From Centroscyllium fabricii (lineage: Eukaryota), in assembly GCA_051313645.2 (NCBI GenBank), contig JBNRSN020000018.1, positions 35,216,001-35,280,000 of the forward strand: a DNA stretch of 64,000 nt. The letters run 5' to 3'. A model generated the notes under the pieces. That model was not told where the DNA came from and searched no databases. It was given only the letters and a program-made list of their open reading frames with translations. The translations under genes and the position numbers were made by a program. The stretch's first letter is position 1, and every line of letters starts with the position of its first letter. This document shows, piece after piece, positions 1 to 12,544 of the stretch.

Positions 1-792
1 CAGCCATGATCTCATTGAATGGCGGAGCAGGCTCAAAGGGCCGAATGGCCTACTCCTGCTCCCATCTTGTGTGTTTCTGTGTTTCAATAGATCAGTCCTT
101 CACCTGGCATCACTCTAGATGGACTTGTTAAAGCAGAAGTGGGATAATTAACATGCAACTGTTCTTTCACTGCTTGATGAACCTTGTAGGCAATGAATTC
201 CATGTTTGTCTTAATTGGATGCAACAAGCATTTTGGATTTAGAATGGAACCTCCACTACCTGCCATAATGGAGATTGCTTCCTGCCATCCCATAACTGGG
301 AGTGGAAAAGTGTTCCTATTTTGATGTTGCACATGTGATATAGCAATACCCTAAAGCACAGGAAAGAAAAGTGCAATAAAACACCAAGTGGTTTACTACA
401 AAAAAAGTTATGCAGCACAGATGGCTCAAAAGACACTTTGGCGAGTAAATCCTGGTACTGGTGCGAATTCACGAATAAATTCACGCACTTACTTTTCTGC
501 AGTATGTTTAAACTCATTTATTGTAATTAGAACTCACGCAAGGGGCCAAATGTCCATTTTACTAGTTGCGAAATTTCTTGCGTTACCAACTTAATCACCA
601 GACGGGTATGCATTCAAGCACATTAAACCTTCGCTCCCTCCAGAACAAGAACCACTTCACCTCACTCGGGTCAAGACAAAGAGTTTGCGTTGGACCGCAA
701 CCCTGCACCACGTCTTCAGAAACATGGAGCCAGGACTGCCGATTCATTTAATCTGTTCATATTTAAAGCTTAACAGCCCAAGTGAAACTTAC

Positions 793-909
793 CGTAAGGT
801 ACTCCCACAACGGTAACAAACATAATTACAGCAATTAGTAGGTACAGCAGGGCAACCCACCATCCAAACAGCAGCACATACAATAGGTTGCCACAGGTAA
901 CCAGAGATC
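793..909 (-). CDS. cax1: Cation/H+ exchanger (type II CAX, cax1-like) coding exon, YccF-like segment
   Basis: Acceptor ctttcag and donor gtaagt, phase 1-1. Reads (G)SLVTCGNLLYVLLFGWWVALLYLLIAVIMFVTVVGVPY(G), which matches the GNxxYxxxFGWW...GxPYG motif of VNX1/zebrafish Cax1. Downstream exons lie outside the window. Confidence 0.9.
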
Positions 910-1884
910 CTGAAAGACGGAAGGAAATTCTGATGAGTGCATTACAGCATCACATAGGATTTTATAGTATTTAAAGGCTATTATAGTATTTAAAGGCTAT
1001 TAAGAGCATTCCACCGACAGTGAGATGCAGGGCATTGTGAACACACTGACAGCTCAAGTGCACACATTCCAGCCTTAAGCCAACAACGTCGGTGCAATTC
1101 GCTGAACTGAACAGAATTTGTTTAGATGTGTCCAGTGGTACATATCAAATCAGTACAATCAAAAGGCTGGTGAGGCACGAGGTCAGAGCAGGTGACAAAA
1201 AGCTGAACTGGTCACGATAGCATAGTGAAGGACAGCACCAGGGCATGCCGGCCAGAAGGCAGCAAGTTTCGATTCCCGGTTTGCAGTTACCCAAGCTCAG
1301 CTAGTGGAACAGCCAGGAGTCTAAAATTAAAATGGTGGTGGAAGTGCACAGCACCTGTGCAGAGTAAAAGGAAGGCTCGGTCACTTCAAGTGCACTGTCT
1401 GCTCTGGTTTGCTTCTCAGGAGGAGTCACTGGAGAAAAGTAAACAAGTAAATGAATGGAGTAAAGCACTTCCGATTCACCCACTCTAGGTCACTGTACAT
1501 GTAAATATAGTCTTGGTAACCTCAGTAGGTCCCATTTGCATTCGATGCCTCATTTCATCTGATGACCACCACTTCTTTGCATAGTACGAACAGTTCCAAT
1601 TATTTGTTTTTAAAACTGGTCCCACCATGAATTCCCAAGCAGTGGCATAGGTGGGGGAAAATAGTTTTTTTTTTTTTTTTTAATTCCGTATCCTTCTTTC
1701 AAGAGAACATGCCTTAGATCACTTGATAGAACATGAAAAACATTTTATTTCAGAGCTCTGTTCTGCAATTCCACCAGTGAAATCAGATTAGTTGGGCTTC
1801 AAAACATTCACCAGGATATTGCAGTGAATAGTAGCAAAGTTGACAGACTAGCAACACTTAATCAATCAGTGCTTCGACTTCAAA

Positions 1885-2325
1885 GAACATAAAAAACAGG
1901 AGCAGGCAGCCATACAGTACTTCGAGCCTGCTCCACCATTCAATAAGATCATGGCTGATCCTCTACCTCAACTCCACTTTCCCACCCTACCCCCCATATC
2001 CCTTAATATCCAAAATTCCATCGATCGGTCTTGAATATACTCAACAACTGACCATCAACAGCTCTCTGGGGTAGAAAATTCCAAAGGTTCACAACCCTTT
2101 GAGTGAAGAAAATTCTCATCAGTCCTAAATGCCAGCCCCTTATCCTGAGACTATGACCCCTCGTTCCAGACTCTCCAGCCAAAGGAAAACATCCTCCCTG
2201 CACCTACCCTGTCAAGCCCTCTAAGAATTTTGTATGTTTCCATGAGATAACCTCGCATTCTTCAAAACTCTATAGGCCCAGTCCACACAATCTCTCCTCA
2301 TGGGTCAGCCCTCTCATCCCAGGCA
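1885..2325 (-). mobile_element. CR1-type LINE 3' fragment
   Basis: FPLAGES.TRGHSLRIRG..FFTQRVVNLWN plus tail. Confidence 0.85.
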
Positions 2326-2574
2326 TTTGAACATTCTTGCAAAATTCCTATTTGAAAAATAAGACCCTTTTTAAAGTAGTTTTGTTTGGTTTGTGAAGCT
2401 CATATCCAAACACCATCCCTAACCCAAATATCCTGTTCATACAACTGAGATAGGCATGAAGTTAGAATAAATTGAGAAACAGTCCAACACAGGACTGTGC
2501 AGCTTCCACTTGTATTACCTTTCCAACTATGAAAGAAGGAAAGAACTTTGGAAAAACTTCATGCAACACATTAC

Positions 2575-2680
2575 CTGAATGTTTGATGACATTGAGATCG
2601 CAATACAGCTCCTTTACTATTGAAGAACGGTCTTCCCAGGGTCGCTCAGTCACGTGACTCTTCCATTTCTTAAATCCGAA
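2575..2680 (-). CDS. cax1: cax1-like coding exon
   Basis: ttgcag / gtaatg, phase 0-1. FGFKKWKSHVTERPWEDRSSIVKELYCDLNVIKHS joins in frame to both neighbouring exons. Confidence 0.9.
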
Positions 2681-3647
2681 CTGCAAAGTTGCAAATGCAG
2701 ATTGTAACAAGAGATTGTCAACATGTACCCTGTACCAACAAAAGCTCATGTAATGAACCCTTCCCTCTACCCTAGGATTGCAGAACAGACCATTGAGGTT
2801 TTATACTGTAGAGCAATAGTACATCGGACAACCCTTACTGCCATTTCCCAATATAATGCACCACACCTTCCTCCCAGTGGAGAGACTGGCCCTCAAAACT
2901 GTAGAACTCGAACTGTCTTCCCTCCCATGATCTACACACACTAACACAAACTCTGGTTTCTCTCCCATGATCTACAAGTTTTTAAAGCCCAACCATAATG
3001 TTTCTCAATTTTTTTTTCCAACCTTGAGATCCTGCATTACAGGCCTTGCCTGCTTCATCTAGGTTCCTCCTAAAGGAATCATGCCACTGCAGTTTGATGT
3101 CATCTGTGTAGCTTCCCTCGGGTCTCCCTGGATCGCACAGTCCCATAATTTAGCTGCCGAGGAAGAATGTTACTACAGCTGGGGTTCTCCACTTACAGGT
3201 CACCCAAGACTGGAAGTTAGTAAGTCAGTTTCACTGAACCATTTCCCTCCCCCCAGATACAAGGCCAATATACCAAATGCATTATCAAGAGAGGATGTAA
3301 AAGTGAGCTCTCCATTTTACTTCAGCCCATATACACTAAATATAGGCTGCAGAGATCCTTGGAGTAAAGAAATTAGATCACTATTTTCTGAGAATCCCAT
3401 TAAATGTTTTAGTAGTTTACTGGTATGGAAAGTCCATCAAAACAACTTCCCCACGGCAATGGGAAGACTGTGGTAGAATTGGACATGAACAGTATCCTTC
3501 TATGATGCAGTCAGATATCGAAAGTATAATTCCTATGACATATCTGAAAGTATTTTGAAATGTCTCTTAAAAAAGGGAAAGTGTGTTCTCTGCCCTAAAG
3601 TTTAGAAAGTGTGATAACTGTGCTCAATGCGGTCTCTCATTCAATGG

Positions 3648-3938
3648 GCCCTGTTCCTGGGACTAGGGACAGGGTCACTGGCAAGGCTTGGAAGCCAAGC
3701 AGAGCCAGGCCGGGTTAGTACTTGGATGGGTGACCACCAGGGAATACCAGGTGCATGAAGGTCATGAAAGGAGCCCCGGGGAGGGGCGGTTGGCTGAAGA
3801 TTGTCGGAAAGATGGAATGGCGGCGCGCACAGACGCAGCGGCTTTGCTGGACTCTTGGGAGCTTGCAAGATCACATTTCGTTTTTCATGTACTTGTACAT
3901 TGGATAATGACAATAAAAGTTGATTTATTATTATTATT
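3648..3938 (+). mobile_element. 5S-rRNA-derived SINE (SINE3-type), copy 1
   Basis: GGAAGCCAAGCAGAG..GGTTAGTACTTGGATGGGTGACC..GGGAATACCAGGTGC corresponds to 5S box A/IE/box C. Followed by a shared body and a tail AATGACAATAAA..(TTA)n. Confidence 0.85.
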
Positions 3939-5078
3939 TGCCCCGGTTTCTGTGTGGGTTTTCAAATGGTTGGCCTGCAGCACCTTGGGTGCAGTCATTT
4001 TCTGCTGAACTCTTCCTGTGGTGACCTTGTAAAATTCTGTACCATTCCTTGGTTGAGAAAGTGGCTGCATGAATTCATCAAGCGTTTGTCTTAGATGCAT
4101 TAAAGGGGAAGGTATACAAATACATGAGCGAGAAAGGAATAGAAGAATATATTGATAGGGCAAGATGAAGCAAGGTGGGAGGAGGCTTGTGTGGCGCATT
4201 AACACCGGCATGGACTAGTTGGGCTAAATGGCCCATTTGTGCCGTAAATGCTATGTAATTCATTTACACAAGTAAACATTCAATTTAGGAAATTAATCCA
4301 TCTTGAATTGGGCACAGGCAGCCCATGGACTTGGAATGTATTAAGACCCAAGCACAAATAGATGAATGAATTTGATCATTTCTCCCAGTCAGCACTGAAG
4401 GAAAGGCATGTCTTGTGTCAGCCACATGTACTGCCATACTGCATCATATTCAGGGCAGCACATTTTCTCCAGCTATACTAGTTTAGCCCTTCCCCACATT
4501 TAACACAAAGGACCTCTGGCATCAGTGATTTCAGGTGATAATGTACACTTTCTAACTGCAAGAGAAACCGCACCAAACTCATGCCAGTAACCAGCTGAAC
4601 TTTGTAACCTAGGAGGTGGGTTATCTAACTTAGCTCAAACTTACACGATGACACTGGAGGCCACTAGCGTAGAGACTTGGTCAATCATCTGTAGCAGAGA
4701 TGCCCCTCAAAGGGGAAAATCAAACCAATCTACAAGTTAACTAAACCTTCCAGTGGCAACGAATTGCTCGAATGTTCATTCCTCCCAATGAGAACCATGC
4801 ACTTTCAATTGCCCAACTTTAGCAGTATCGAGGCTTTCAAAAAGGGAATTGGATAAGTAGCTGAAAGAAAACATTTCGCAGAGCTACAGGGAAGGGCTGG
4901 GGAGTGGGATTAGGAAGTGCTCTTGGAGAGCCAGCACAGGCTCGACGGGCCGAATGGCCTCTTTCTGTGCGGTCACCATTCTATGATTCTAGCCTGTTGG
5001 CAGTTACGGATGCACAAACTGACGGTGCTGGAATGTAACCATCCTAGAATACTGATAAGCCACGAGCATTGCACTGAC

Positions 5079-5209
5079 CTTGTAGTTGTTCGCCAGTTTC
5101 TGCGCCTCAACCTCATTTTCTGCCAGCAGTGTTGTCTTTGCGATCATCAGGCAGCCTGGACACGTTATTCCTTCACATGAATGATTTTGGGTCGGAGTCG
5201 AACAGGTCA
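5079..5209 (-). CDS. cax1: cax1-like coding exon
   Basis: ttttgttag / gtcagt, phase 1-0. TCSTPTQNHSCEGITCPGCLMIAKTTLLAENEVEAQKLANNYK continues in frame into FGFKKW. Confidence 0.88.
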
Positions 5210-6959
5210 CTAACAAAAGCAAAATAAGATTTAGAAAGGAGGGAACAGTCAACCCCTTAAAACTTGCCACATACTTGAGGACTCTGTTGCAGACATGGCA
5301 AAGATCAACATCTGAATGGGGTGGTATATACCATCTTTAACCAGTCCAAACAAGCAAGTGATTTTACTGAGCTAGTCTATTGTGCAGGCACTAATGATTC
5401 TCATAGAAGGGGGAAAAGAATACACAACCTATTGGAAAGGTCAACTACAAGTCTCCTTGCAGCTGGAGAGGAGCGAAAACACATTATAAACTACTGTTTA
5501 TAATAGACTAGGTTCAGATCAGCCATGTGATCTCCTGGACCAGTTTTCGATCGCCTAGATGGGTCGGAGAGGAATTTCCCAGATTTTTTCTCCCAAATTG
5601 GCCACTGGGTTTTTTAATCTGGTTTTTCGCCTCTCCCGGGTGATCACATGGGTTTGGGCGGGGTGGAGAGTAAAAATAAAATTGAGGTTAGGATCAGATC
5701 AGCCATGATCTTGTTGAATGGCGGAGCAGGCTCGAGGGGCCGATTGGCCGACTCCTGCTCCTATTTCTTATGTTCTTATCCATCAGAGATCTCTGGTTAC
5801 ACAGATACCAAAATATTTTTAAACTGATCACACACCCACCCAGCATCTCAAAACAAGAGCACCCGGAACTAGGGTCCTGTCTTTACCCTCCCCTCACGCT
5901 GTATTCCAACATTATGCTATACTGCCATACTATGGCCTATAAGAGATATACTTTTTTGTGTAGTATAAATGCATACTCAGTCACACCAAGCCAGTGACCC
6001 GGTCACTCAAGGAATTGATACTTGATTTGGGTTTCTCGGGGTGGTAGGATCTCCACAGTGGTAGCACCTATAACCTAATGCTCTGCTGAATCAACTTGTT
6101 CTGTGATGGGACACAAACATCCTCTATGATAACCAAACGATCTACTGTTGATATCACAGGCCAGAGGAAAGGATGAGAATAGTCCAAGTTAGTGATTGCA
6201 GGCAACATCCGAGTGGGTGGCAACGAGGGTTCTAAACATTGCCAAATACAATACTGCCACTTCACTCATGATGTGAGTGGAAGGTATTAACCAGCTTGGG
6301 AAGGAAATGTACAAGTCAATCCATTAAAAAAGCAGCCATTCACACCAGCTGGTCCTCACTAGGAGCGAGGATGGAGACCCTTGCAATGGGCAAAGCCATG
6401 TACCAATAAAACCCATCCCTCAAGAAACCTTGCTCCAGTCAAGCTTGATACATTTGGTGGGGCTGGGGGGGGGGGGGGGTGTGGATGGAGGTTGGACAAT
6501 GTCTAGATCTGAAGGACTAACCTGGGATTAATTTTGGTGTGAATGGTGAAGGGGTGTCCATCAGGTCAGTCTGCAGATGTAGCTCACAGTGCCTCTCCCA
6601 GAGGGTCAGAGGATAGGGAGGTGCTTCAGCTCTTAACTCCCACACCCTCCCAAAGTCTATCGATGGGGGGAAAAAAAACAAAAGCCCTCAGTAAGCGGTG
6701 AGCGAACATTCTACATTATCCTCTAACAAAAGTCACTACACAACCTTCCAGGTTACCAAGTTCAAGCAGCACTCTGTTACAGTGAGGCCGGTATGAAATT
6801 ACCTTGACTTAAAACGTGAGCAGTTCACTATGTGGAGAGGTGTTCAACAGTTAGGAACTCACTACAATTTAGCTTGGAGTACAAATAGAAACATTCGCTC
6901 AGGAAGAGGCTCAGCAATTGCTAGTTAATGCAAAGAGAAAGTGTTGAATCTCTACTAGT

Positions 6960-7410
6960 GTCTCAGTGGGGAGCACCCTCGCCTCAGTCAGAAGGTTGTG
7001 GGTTCAAGTCCCACCTCAGGGACTGGAGCACAAAAATCTAGGCTGACACTCTAGGTGCAGTGCGGAGGGAGAGCTGCACTGTCTGAGGTGCAGTTTTTCA
7101 GATGAAACATTAAACCGAAGCCCCGTCAACTCTCAGGTGGATGTAAAGCATCCTATGGCACTATTTCAAAGAGCAGGGGAGTTATTCCCAGTGTCCTGGC
7201 CAATATTTATCCCTCAAATCAACATCAAACAGATTATCTGGCAATTATCACATTGCTGTTTGTGGAAGCTTGCCGTGCACAAATAGACTGTTGAGTTTCC
7301 TACATTACAACAGTCCAAAAATTTAAAAGTACTTAATTGGCTGTAAAGCACTTAGGGACTACTGGTGTTTGTGAAAGGGACGATAGAAATGCAAGTCGGT
7401 CTTTCTTTTT
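6960..7410 (+). mobile_element. SacSINE1-like Deu-domain SINE
   Basis: tRNA-like head, GATGAGACGTTAAACCGAGGCCC-type Deu core and L2-like tail. Other copies at ~13860-14280, 20850-21260, 32960-33260, 33340-33690, 34015-34340 and 35897-36305. Confidence 0.8.
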
Positions 7411-8299
7411 CTATACAGAACACACAGGCTCATTGAGTTGGCAAGTATTGTGCTTAATAGTGTAGTGTACATGGAGGATGCCAATACTGGGAAAGGAAAG
7501 AGTTTTCCCTTACTGGGACACATCATTGTCAGCATCAATCACTTCCACTTTCCCACCACAAATAGCCCCAAGAGACTGAAGCAAGACTCCACAGCACAAA
7601 CTGGCAATCGATCATCGTGAACTGGGTTAAGGCTGCCAAGAACAGGTCACAGAAACAAGTCTATAAAAAGGCCCATAGTATACTACGGCCAGAGCGCAGA
7701 ACTACAGTCCCTGGGGAACCACATCCTCAGGAGAAATGAAGGAGTCAGGAGGGAAGTGGAAAGAGGAATAGAACAACATTGGGCAGAATAGCTGAAAGTC
7801 TAGGGATCAGCTCAAAGTTTCAGGACTGTCACGGAGCCGTTTCAGTGGAGCAGCTTTGAGCACAGGATTCCTGGGAATCGGTGGCATATTCAGCATCAAG
7901 CACTTGGACATCTCTCCTGACAGGGAGGCATCGGATGCTCGAGGGAGGCTCCGGATGCTCGAGGGAGGCTCCGGATGCTCGAGATATCCATGGTGCCTGC
8001 ACAAATAGTGCATGCAGGGTAATCTAGTGCATGTGAAGAGGGGAGAGTCATTTTAATCTCACCGATGCCACAGACTCGCTGTATCTCTGTTCACGGCTGC
8101 AGCTCCGAGTGACTTGCTGTGTGAACCCAGTGCGGCCCTCAGCCTGTGGGCACCCTTCACAAGCACTGGTAAATATAGCCCACCCTGCTTTTCACTTGGA
8201 AAAAGGCAGAGAGATCAGCTGCACCAACTTTACAAGATCTGTAATCAGCCTACTTAAGTTCAAGCTGTACATCCTGGACAAGTGGAGACAATGCTGCTT

Positions 8300-8560
8300 C
8301 AGTTAACATTGCTACACTGGGGAGACCAAACACTGATTGGGGAACCACTTTGCAGAACACCTCGGTTCTGTCCACAAGCGTGAATCTGAGCTTCTGGTTG
8401 CCGGTCACTAATTCTCTGCTCCACGCCCACCTCGCCCTCCTACACTGCTCCAATGAAGCTCAACACAAGCTCGAGGAGCAGCACTTCATCTTGCAATTAG
8501 GCACTTTACAGCCTTCCAGACTCAACATTGGAGTTCAACAATTTCAGATCATAACCTCTG
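8300..8560 (+). mobile_element. Penelope-like GIY-YIG endonuclease fragment
   Basis: YTGET...FAEHL...KLEEQHFILQLGTLQPSRLNI, the C-terminal motif of the Penelope endonuclease. Confidence 0.8.
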
Positions 8561-8567
8561 CCCTCAT

Positions 8568-8849
8568 TGACGTATCGTCAATCAAGACAAGAGAGATGAG
8601 TAGTTACCTTAACTATAGGCTTTTATTAACTTATAATGGAGCTAGTCTCCAGTCGAGTTCAAGGCGAGAATGAGCGGGGGCAGGGCGGCCCTCACCTATA
8701 AGCTCCCACCTGAGGGGAGGAGTTAGAGGTGTGGCTGACCTGACCTTACAAACAATATACAGGTGAATACATCCATATGTGACCCCACAGTGTACAAGGC
8801 CCGCCGATGAACCCACAACTATATACAGATGGTAATGACGGTTACCACA
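8568..8849 (-). mobile_element. Solo LTR
   Basis: TG...CA ends, 5-bp TSD CTCAT at 8563-8567 and 8850-8854, AATAAA on the minus strand at ~8620. Confidence 0.8.
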
Positions 8850-10116
8850 CTCATTTCTTCCCCCACCCCAGACAACAGCTGTTGATGATTCAACCATTCC
8901 CATTTACTCAGCAGCACAGGGTGTGTGACGGCCTATACTTGGCCAGGCACCATAATAAGATGCCCTAAACATGAAGCCCAGCTTCAGTATGCTATGGAGG
9001 TGGCCAATGCTGTAGACAGTAACAAATGACAGCCTGGTCACAGTGAGGAAAGCCAAAGTGAGGATAGCTCGGAGTGATACTACTGTTGGAACGGAGGACT
9101 GTCCCATTGTTGCAAACCGGATGCAATCCAGATACAGGAATAGGGACATCGTCAGAGGAGGCTGCAAGTGAAACTGCTCAATGCCTTCCCAATGAAGGTG
9201 GACCAACAAAATTGGAAGGTTATGCAGTTTACCCAATTCAAGCATCAAGGCAACAATATCTTGCAGTTACACAGCATCTTGAACATAGTAAAACGTCCTA
9301 AGGCACTTCACAGGCGTGCAAGACGACAAAAATTAACAAGCCAAAGAAAGAGATAGAAGGTCCGGTGACCAAGAGCTTGGCCAGAGAGGTAGGTTTGAAG
9401 GGGGGGGTCTTACAGGAGGAAAAAGAGGGGTGAAGAGGCAGAGAGATTTAGGGAGGGGAATTCCAGATATCAGGGCCCAGGCAGCTGAAGGCATGATCAC
9501 CAATGGTGGGGTGAAGGAAGATGGGGAATGGACAGAAACACCGTTTGAAACCCAAGTGACCAGTGAGGGCATTGGCCAGCAAAAGGACAATTTAAAGTGA
9601 ACACTTCATCACTTCCTCCACCCCCCCTCCAATGCTGACTGCACAATATCAGGCTTGTGAAGCTGATAAACCACAGCTTGTGAAGCTGATAAACCACAGC
9701 GAGAGTCTGCTCGCCCTCAATCCAGAAGATGAGGTGCTCACAGAATCATTTTTCTACACCCAACAAAATTGGCACACTATATCTAAAATGAGATGAAGTG
9801 TATGGGTCTCAGTCTCCTGGTCCTGCAGCAAGTACTGCTCCTAGGCATCAAACACTGGGCACCAGGATGGGCAATGCCCTGGAATCAACAACAACTTTAA
9901 CACATTTACAAGTTGCAATTAACAACTGGGCCAATAATATCTGCTGAAATTCGGAAATGTTAATCTGATAAGAGTCAGATGGACTTATAGTGTGGACAGA
10001 GTTCCATTGTAACCCGTTAAATGGTTCAACAGCCAGTTTCCTTCCAGGACTTTCTGCACAACATTGTTATGGAAAGTTGGTCTTGTATTGACAGGGGTCA
10101 GAAATTGAGGTCGAAA

Positions 10117-10510
10117 ATGCCAGAGGAGAATAAAGCAGCTCCAAAGAAAGGCACCAAGAAAAACGGTGAAGGGTAGCAAGAAGCAGAGAAGGTCGAGGAA
10201 GGAGAGTTACTCCATTGACCTCTACAAGGTGATGAAGTAGGTTCACCCCCACCCGCTGACACTGCCATCTCCTCCAAGGCCACGAGCATCAAGAAATCAA
10301 CATGTGAGTGCATGGTGGATGAGGCTTCCCCCTGCCTGGACTGTTACAGCTCCCAGGAGATCCAGACGCCCTTACAAGAGCCACAGCACCAACTCCCGGG
10401 AGATCCAGACCACCGTGCACACCTTGCTGCCCCAGGGAATTGGCCACCGGCCAAGTACAGGCGAGTCGGAGGGGACAAAGACAGCAACCAAGTACACCAG
10501 CTCCAAGTAA
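10117..10510 (+). pseudogene. H2B: Histone H2B pseudogene
   Basis: MPEENKAAPKKGTKK, then frameshifted RKESYSI/YKVMK*VHP, DTAISSKA and SREIQT segments, ending EGTKTATKYTSSK-TAA. Contains stops and frameshifts. Confidence 0.88.
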
Positions 10511-10758
10511 AAAGTACTGAAAAAAACCACCTTAGTGCATGTGCTTGCGTGCCGGTGGGGAACTAGACTTCCTGTTAGTGCAACTGAAATGCTAACCATT
10601 AAAATACATTTATACATCTTGTACACCACAGAAGTTTGCAATAACATTCTGCATAATCTTCTCCCATATTACATACACTTAAAGATGAATGCTAGCATTT
10701 TAAATTGTTGAGTTTCTGGAGTTTTGCTGGGCATTCAACTCATCTTGTATTCACTTGC

Positions 10759-10965
10759 CTTCAATGGTCTTGTGGCTGTTACACAGCAAAGCTGTCAAGT
10801 TTGAGTGTGCATGTGGGTGATTAGCAGCATTGCTGAACTGTTCCTGGCACACTTCTGCACAAACAAACCGTCGCCATGAACCATCAGTATCTCTTCTAAA
10901 ACTGGAAGTTGCAGAACAAAAGATATACTCAAGTCTGCTTTGGCGCCAATAGTTGTTTTGGTTTA
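10759..10965 (-). CDS. cax1: Candidate cax1-like exon 2 with GC donor
   Basis: tctttaaag acceptor, 207 nt open in phase 1-1, AAG|GCAAGT donor. Fits in frame between exon 1 and the 5079-5209 exon, but no conserved motif was recognised. Confidence 0.5.
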
Positions 10966-12196
10966 CTTTAAAGACAGACAAGCCAGTACATTAATGCGCA
11001 ATGCCCTTCTTGTGCAAGACCTGGTGATTCAACCATCGGTGACAGATCCATAACCACTGTAGTTTCACCCTGGTGTCAAACAGCTCAAAGCTCTCGCCAG
11101 ACACAACCCAAGTTCAGAAGAACCAGGTTTAAAGTTGTACTTGGATTTCCAAATGCACATCAAATGTGGTGTACAACATGTGTCACACTTCCAATGTCCA
11201 TGTTACAAAATACTTCACTCAAACCTCTACCATACCTCTCCCACTCACTGAGCAAAGCCACGGGCTGCCACTAATTCAATCGTTTCACATCTTACACTTG
11301 AAGGGAGTGAAATGAGAAGGGAACTGGGATTTATAGGCAGTCAAGGTTTCACAGCCTCAACAGTGCATGGATTAACTGTCTGTCCTCCAGCACTAGGAGG
11401 ATCTGCAGAGGATGGAAGGGATGTTAAACAAATCCTTCAACAGCATCATCTTCACCGAGGAGTTTGTGACTTGCTCACTTAAGCAGAGTTTAAAATACTT
11501 TCTCTGCAATTCTTATTCCCCATTCACAGCGCACTGTATACCGCCTCCATAGCTGGCTAGAAAACCCAGCGCTTGCTCGAGTTTCCACTACTCCATTGGA
11601 GTTAAGTAATTGGGACTGGAAAGAGGGAAACTACTAGTGAGTCCATTTTTACAAATCATTCAATTCCCTGGTTATTGGAACCCAGCAGTTAAAATTAAAA
11701 CCACAAAAAGGAATCAGTCATTTCACACAAACTTGCATTTAAAACTCATTCAGGTGAAGGGTCAATGCCCAAAACATTGGCCTATCTTCCCCTTTCGAAT
11801 GCTTACAGTATTTCAAACCAGTTGCAGTATCACGTGATACCATAACCCGGGGTCAGCTAATCTTGTTCTTAATAACTTAATCGCTCTGTTGCTTCAGTGA
11901 CCAAATTTCATTTCTTGTCATGTAATCTTCCCAACTGATGCCAGCAACCACTAAAAAACAAACTAGGGTTCTCAACAACTATGACAAAGCTGCAGACAGG
12001 CAGAGATTGTTGGCAAAGCGACAACTGGTCGACAGTCACCAGTAAAAAATAAAAATCCTGCAACTTTTCCTATTCACCCTTAGAATGTGGCACGGCCAGT
12101 ATTCATTGCCTATCCCTAGCTTCTAAGAAGGTAGCGATGAGCTGACTTTTTGAACTGCTGCAGCCTATGTGGCAAAGGTGCTCCCATAATACAGCT

Positions 12197-12544
12197 GCAA
12201 ATGCAAAAAGTCACAACACCAGATTTATAGTCCAACGGTTTTATTTTAAATCACAAGCTTTCGGAGCGTCTGCCCCTTCGTCAGGTAACAAAGAGAGACT
12301 GAAGTTAAAGATCACACATCGGGGGAGGGGGGAAATCCGATCTCATACATCTAACCCTATGTATGAGATCGGATTTCTCCCCTCCCCCGATGTGTGATCT
12401 TTAACTTCAGTCTCTCTTTGTTACCTGACGAAGGGGCAGACGCTCCGAAAGCTTGTGATTTAAAATAAAACCGTTGGACTATAAATCTGTTGTTGTGACT
12501 TTTTGCATTTGTCCACCCCAGTCCAACACCGGCACCTCCACATT
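12197..12544. mobile_element. Fold-back Penelope terminal-repeat insertion with hammerhead cores
   Basis: Near-perfect inverted arms of ~150 bp around a loop at ~12351-12359. 11-bp TSD ATAATACAGCT. CTGACGA-stem-GAAAGCTT in each arm. Confidence 0.85.

Noticed and set aside
3685-3760. Functional 5S rRNA gene
   Set aside because: The 5' 40 nt are replaced, there is no oligo-T terminator after the 5S part, and it is fused to a shared body and (TTA)n tail in three dispersed copies.
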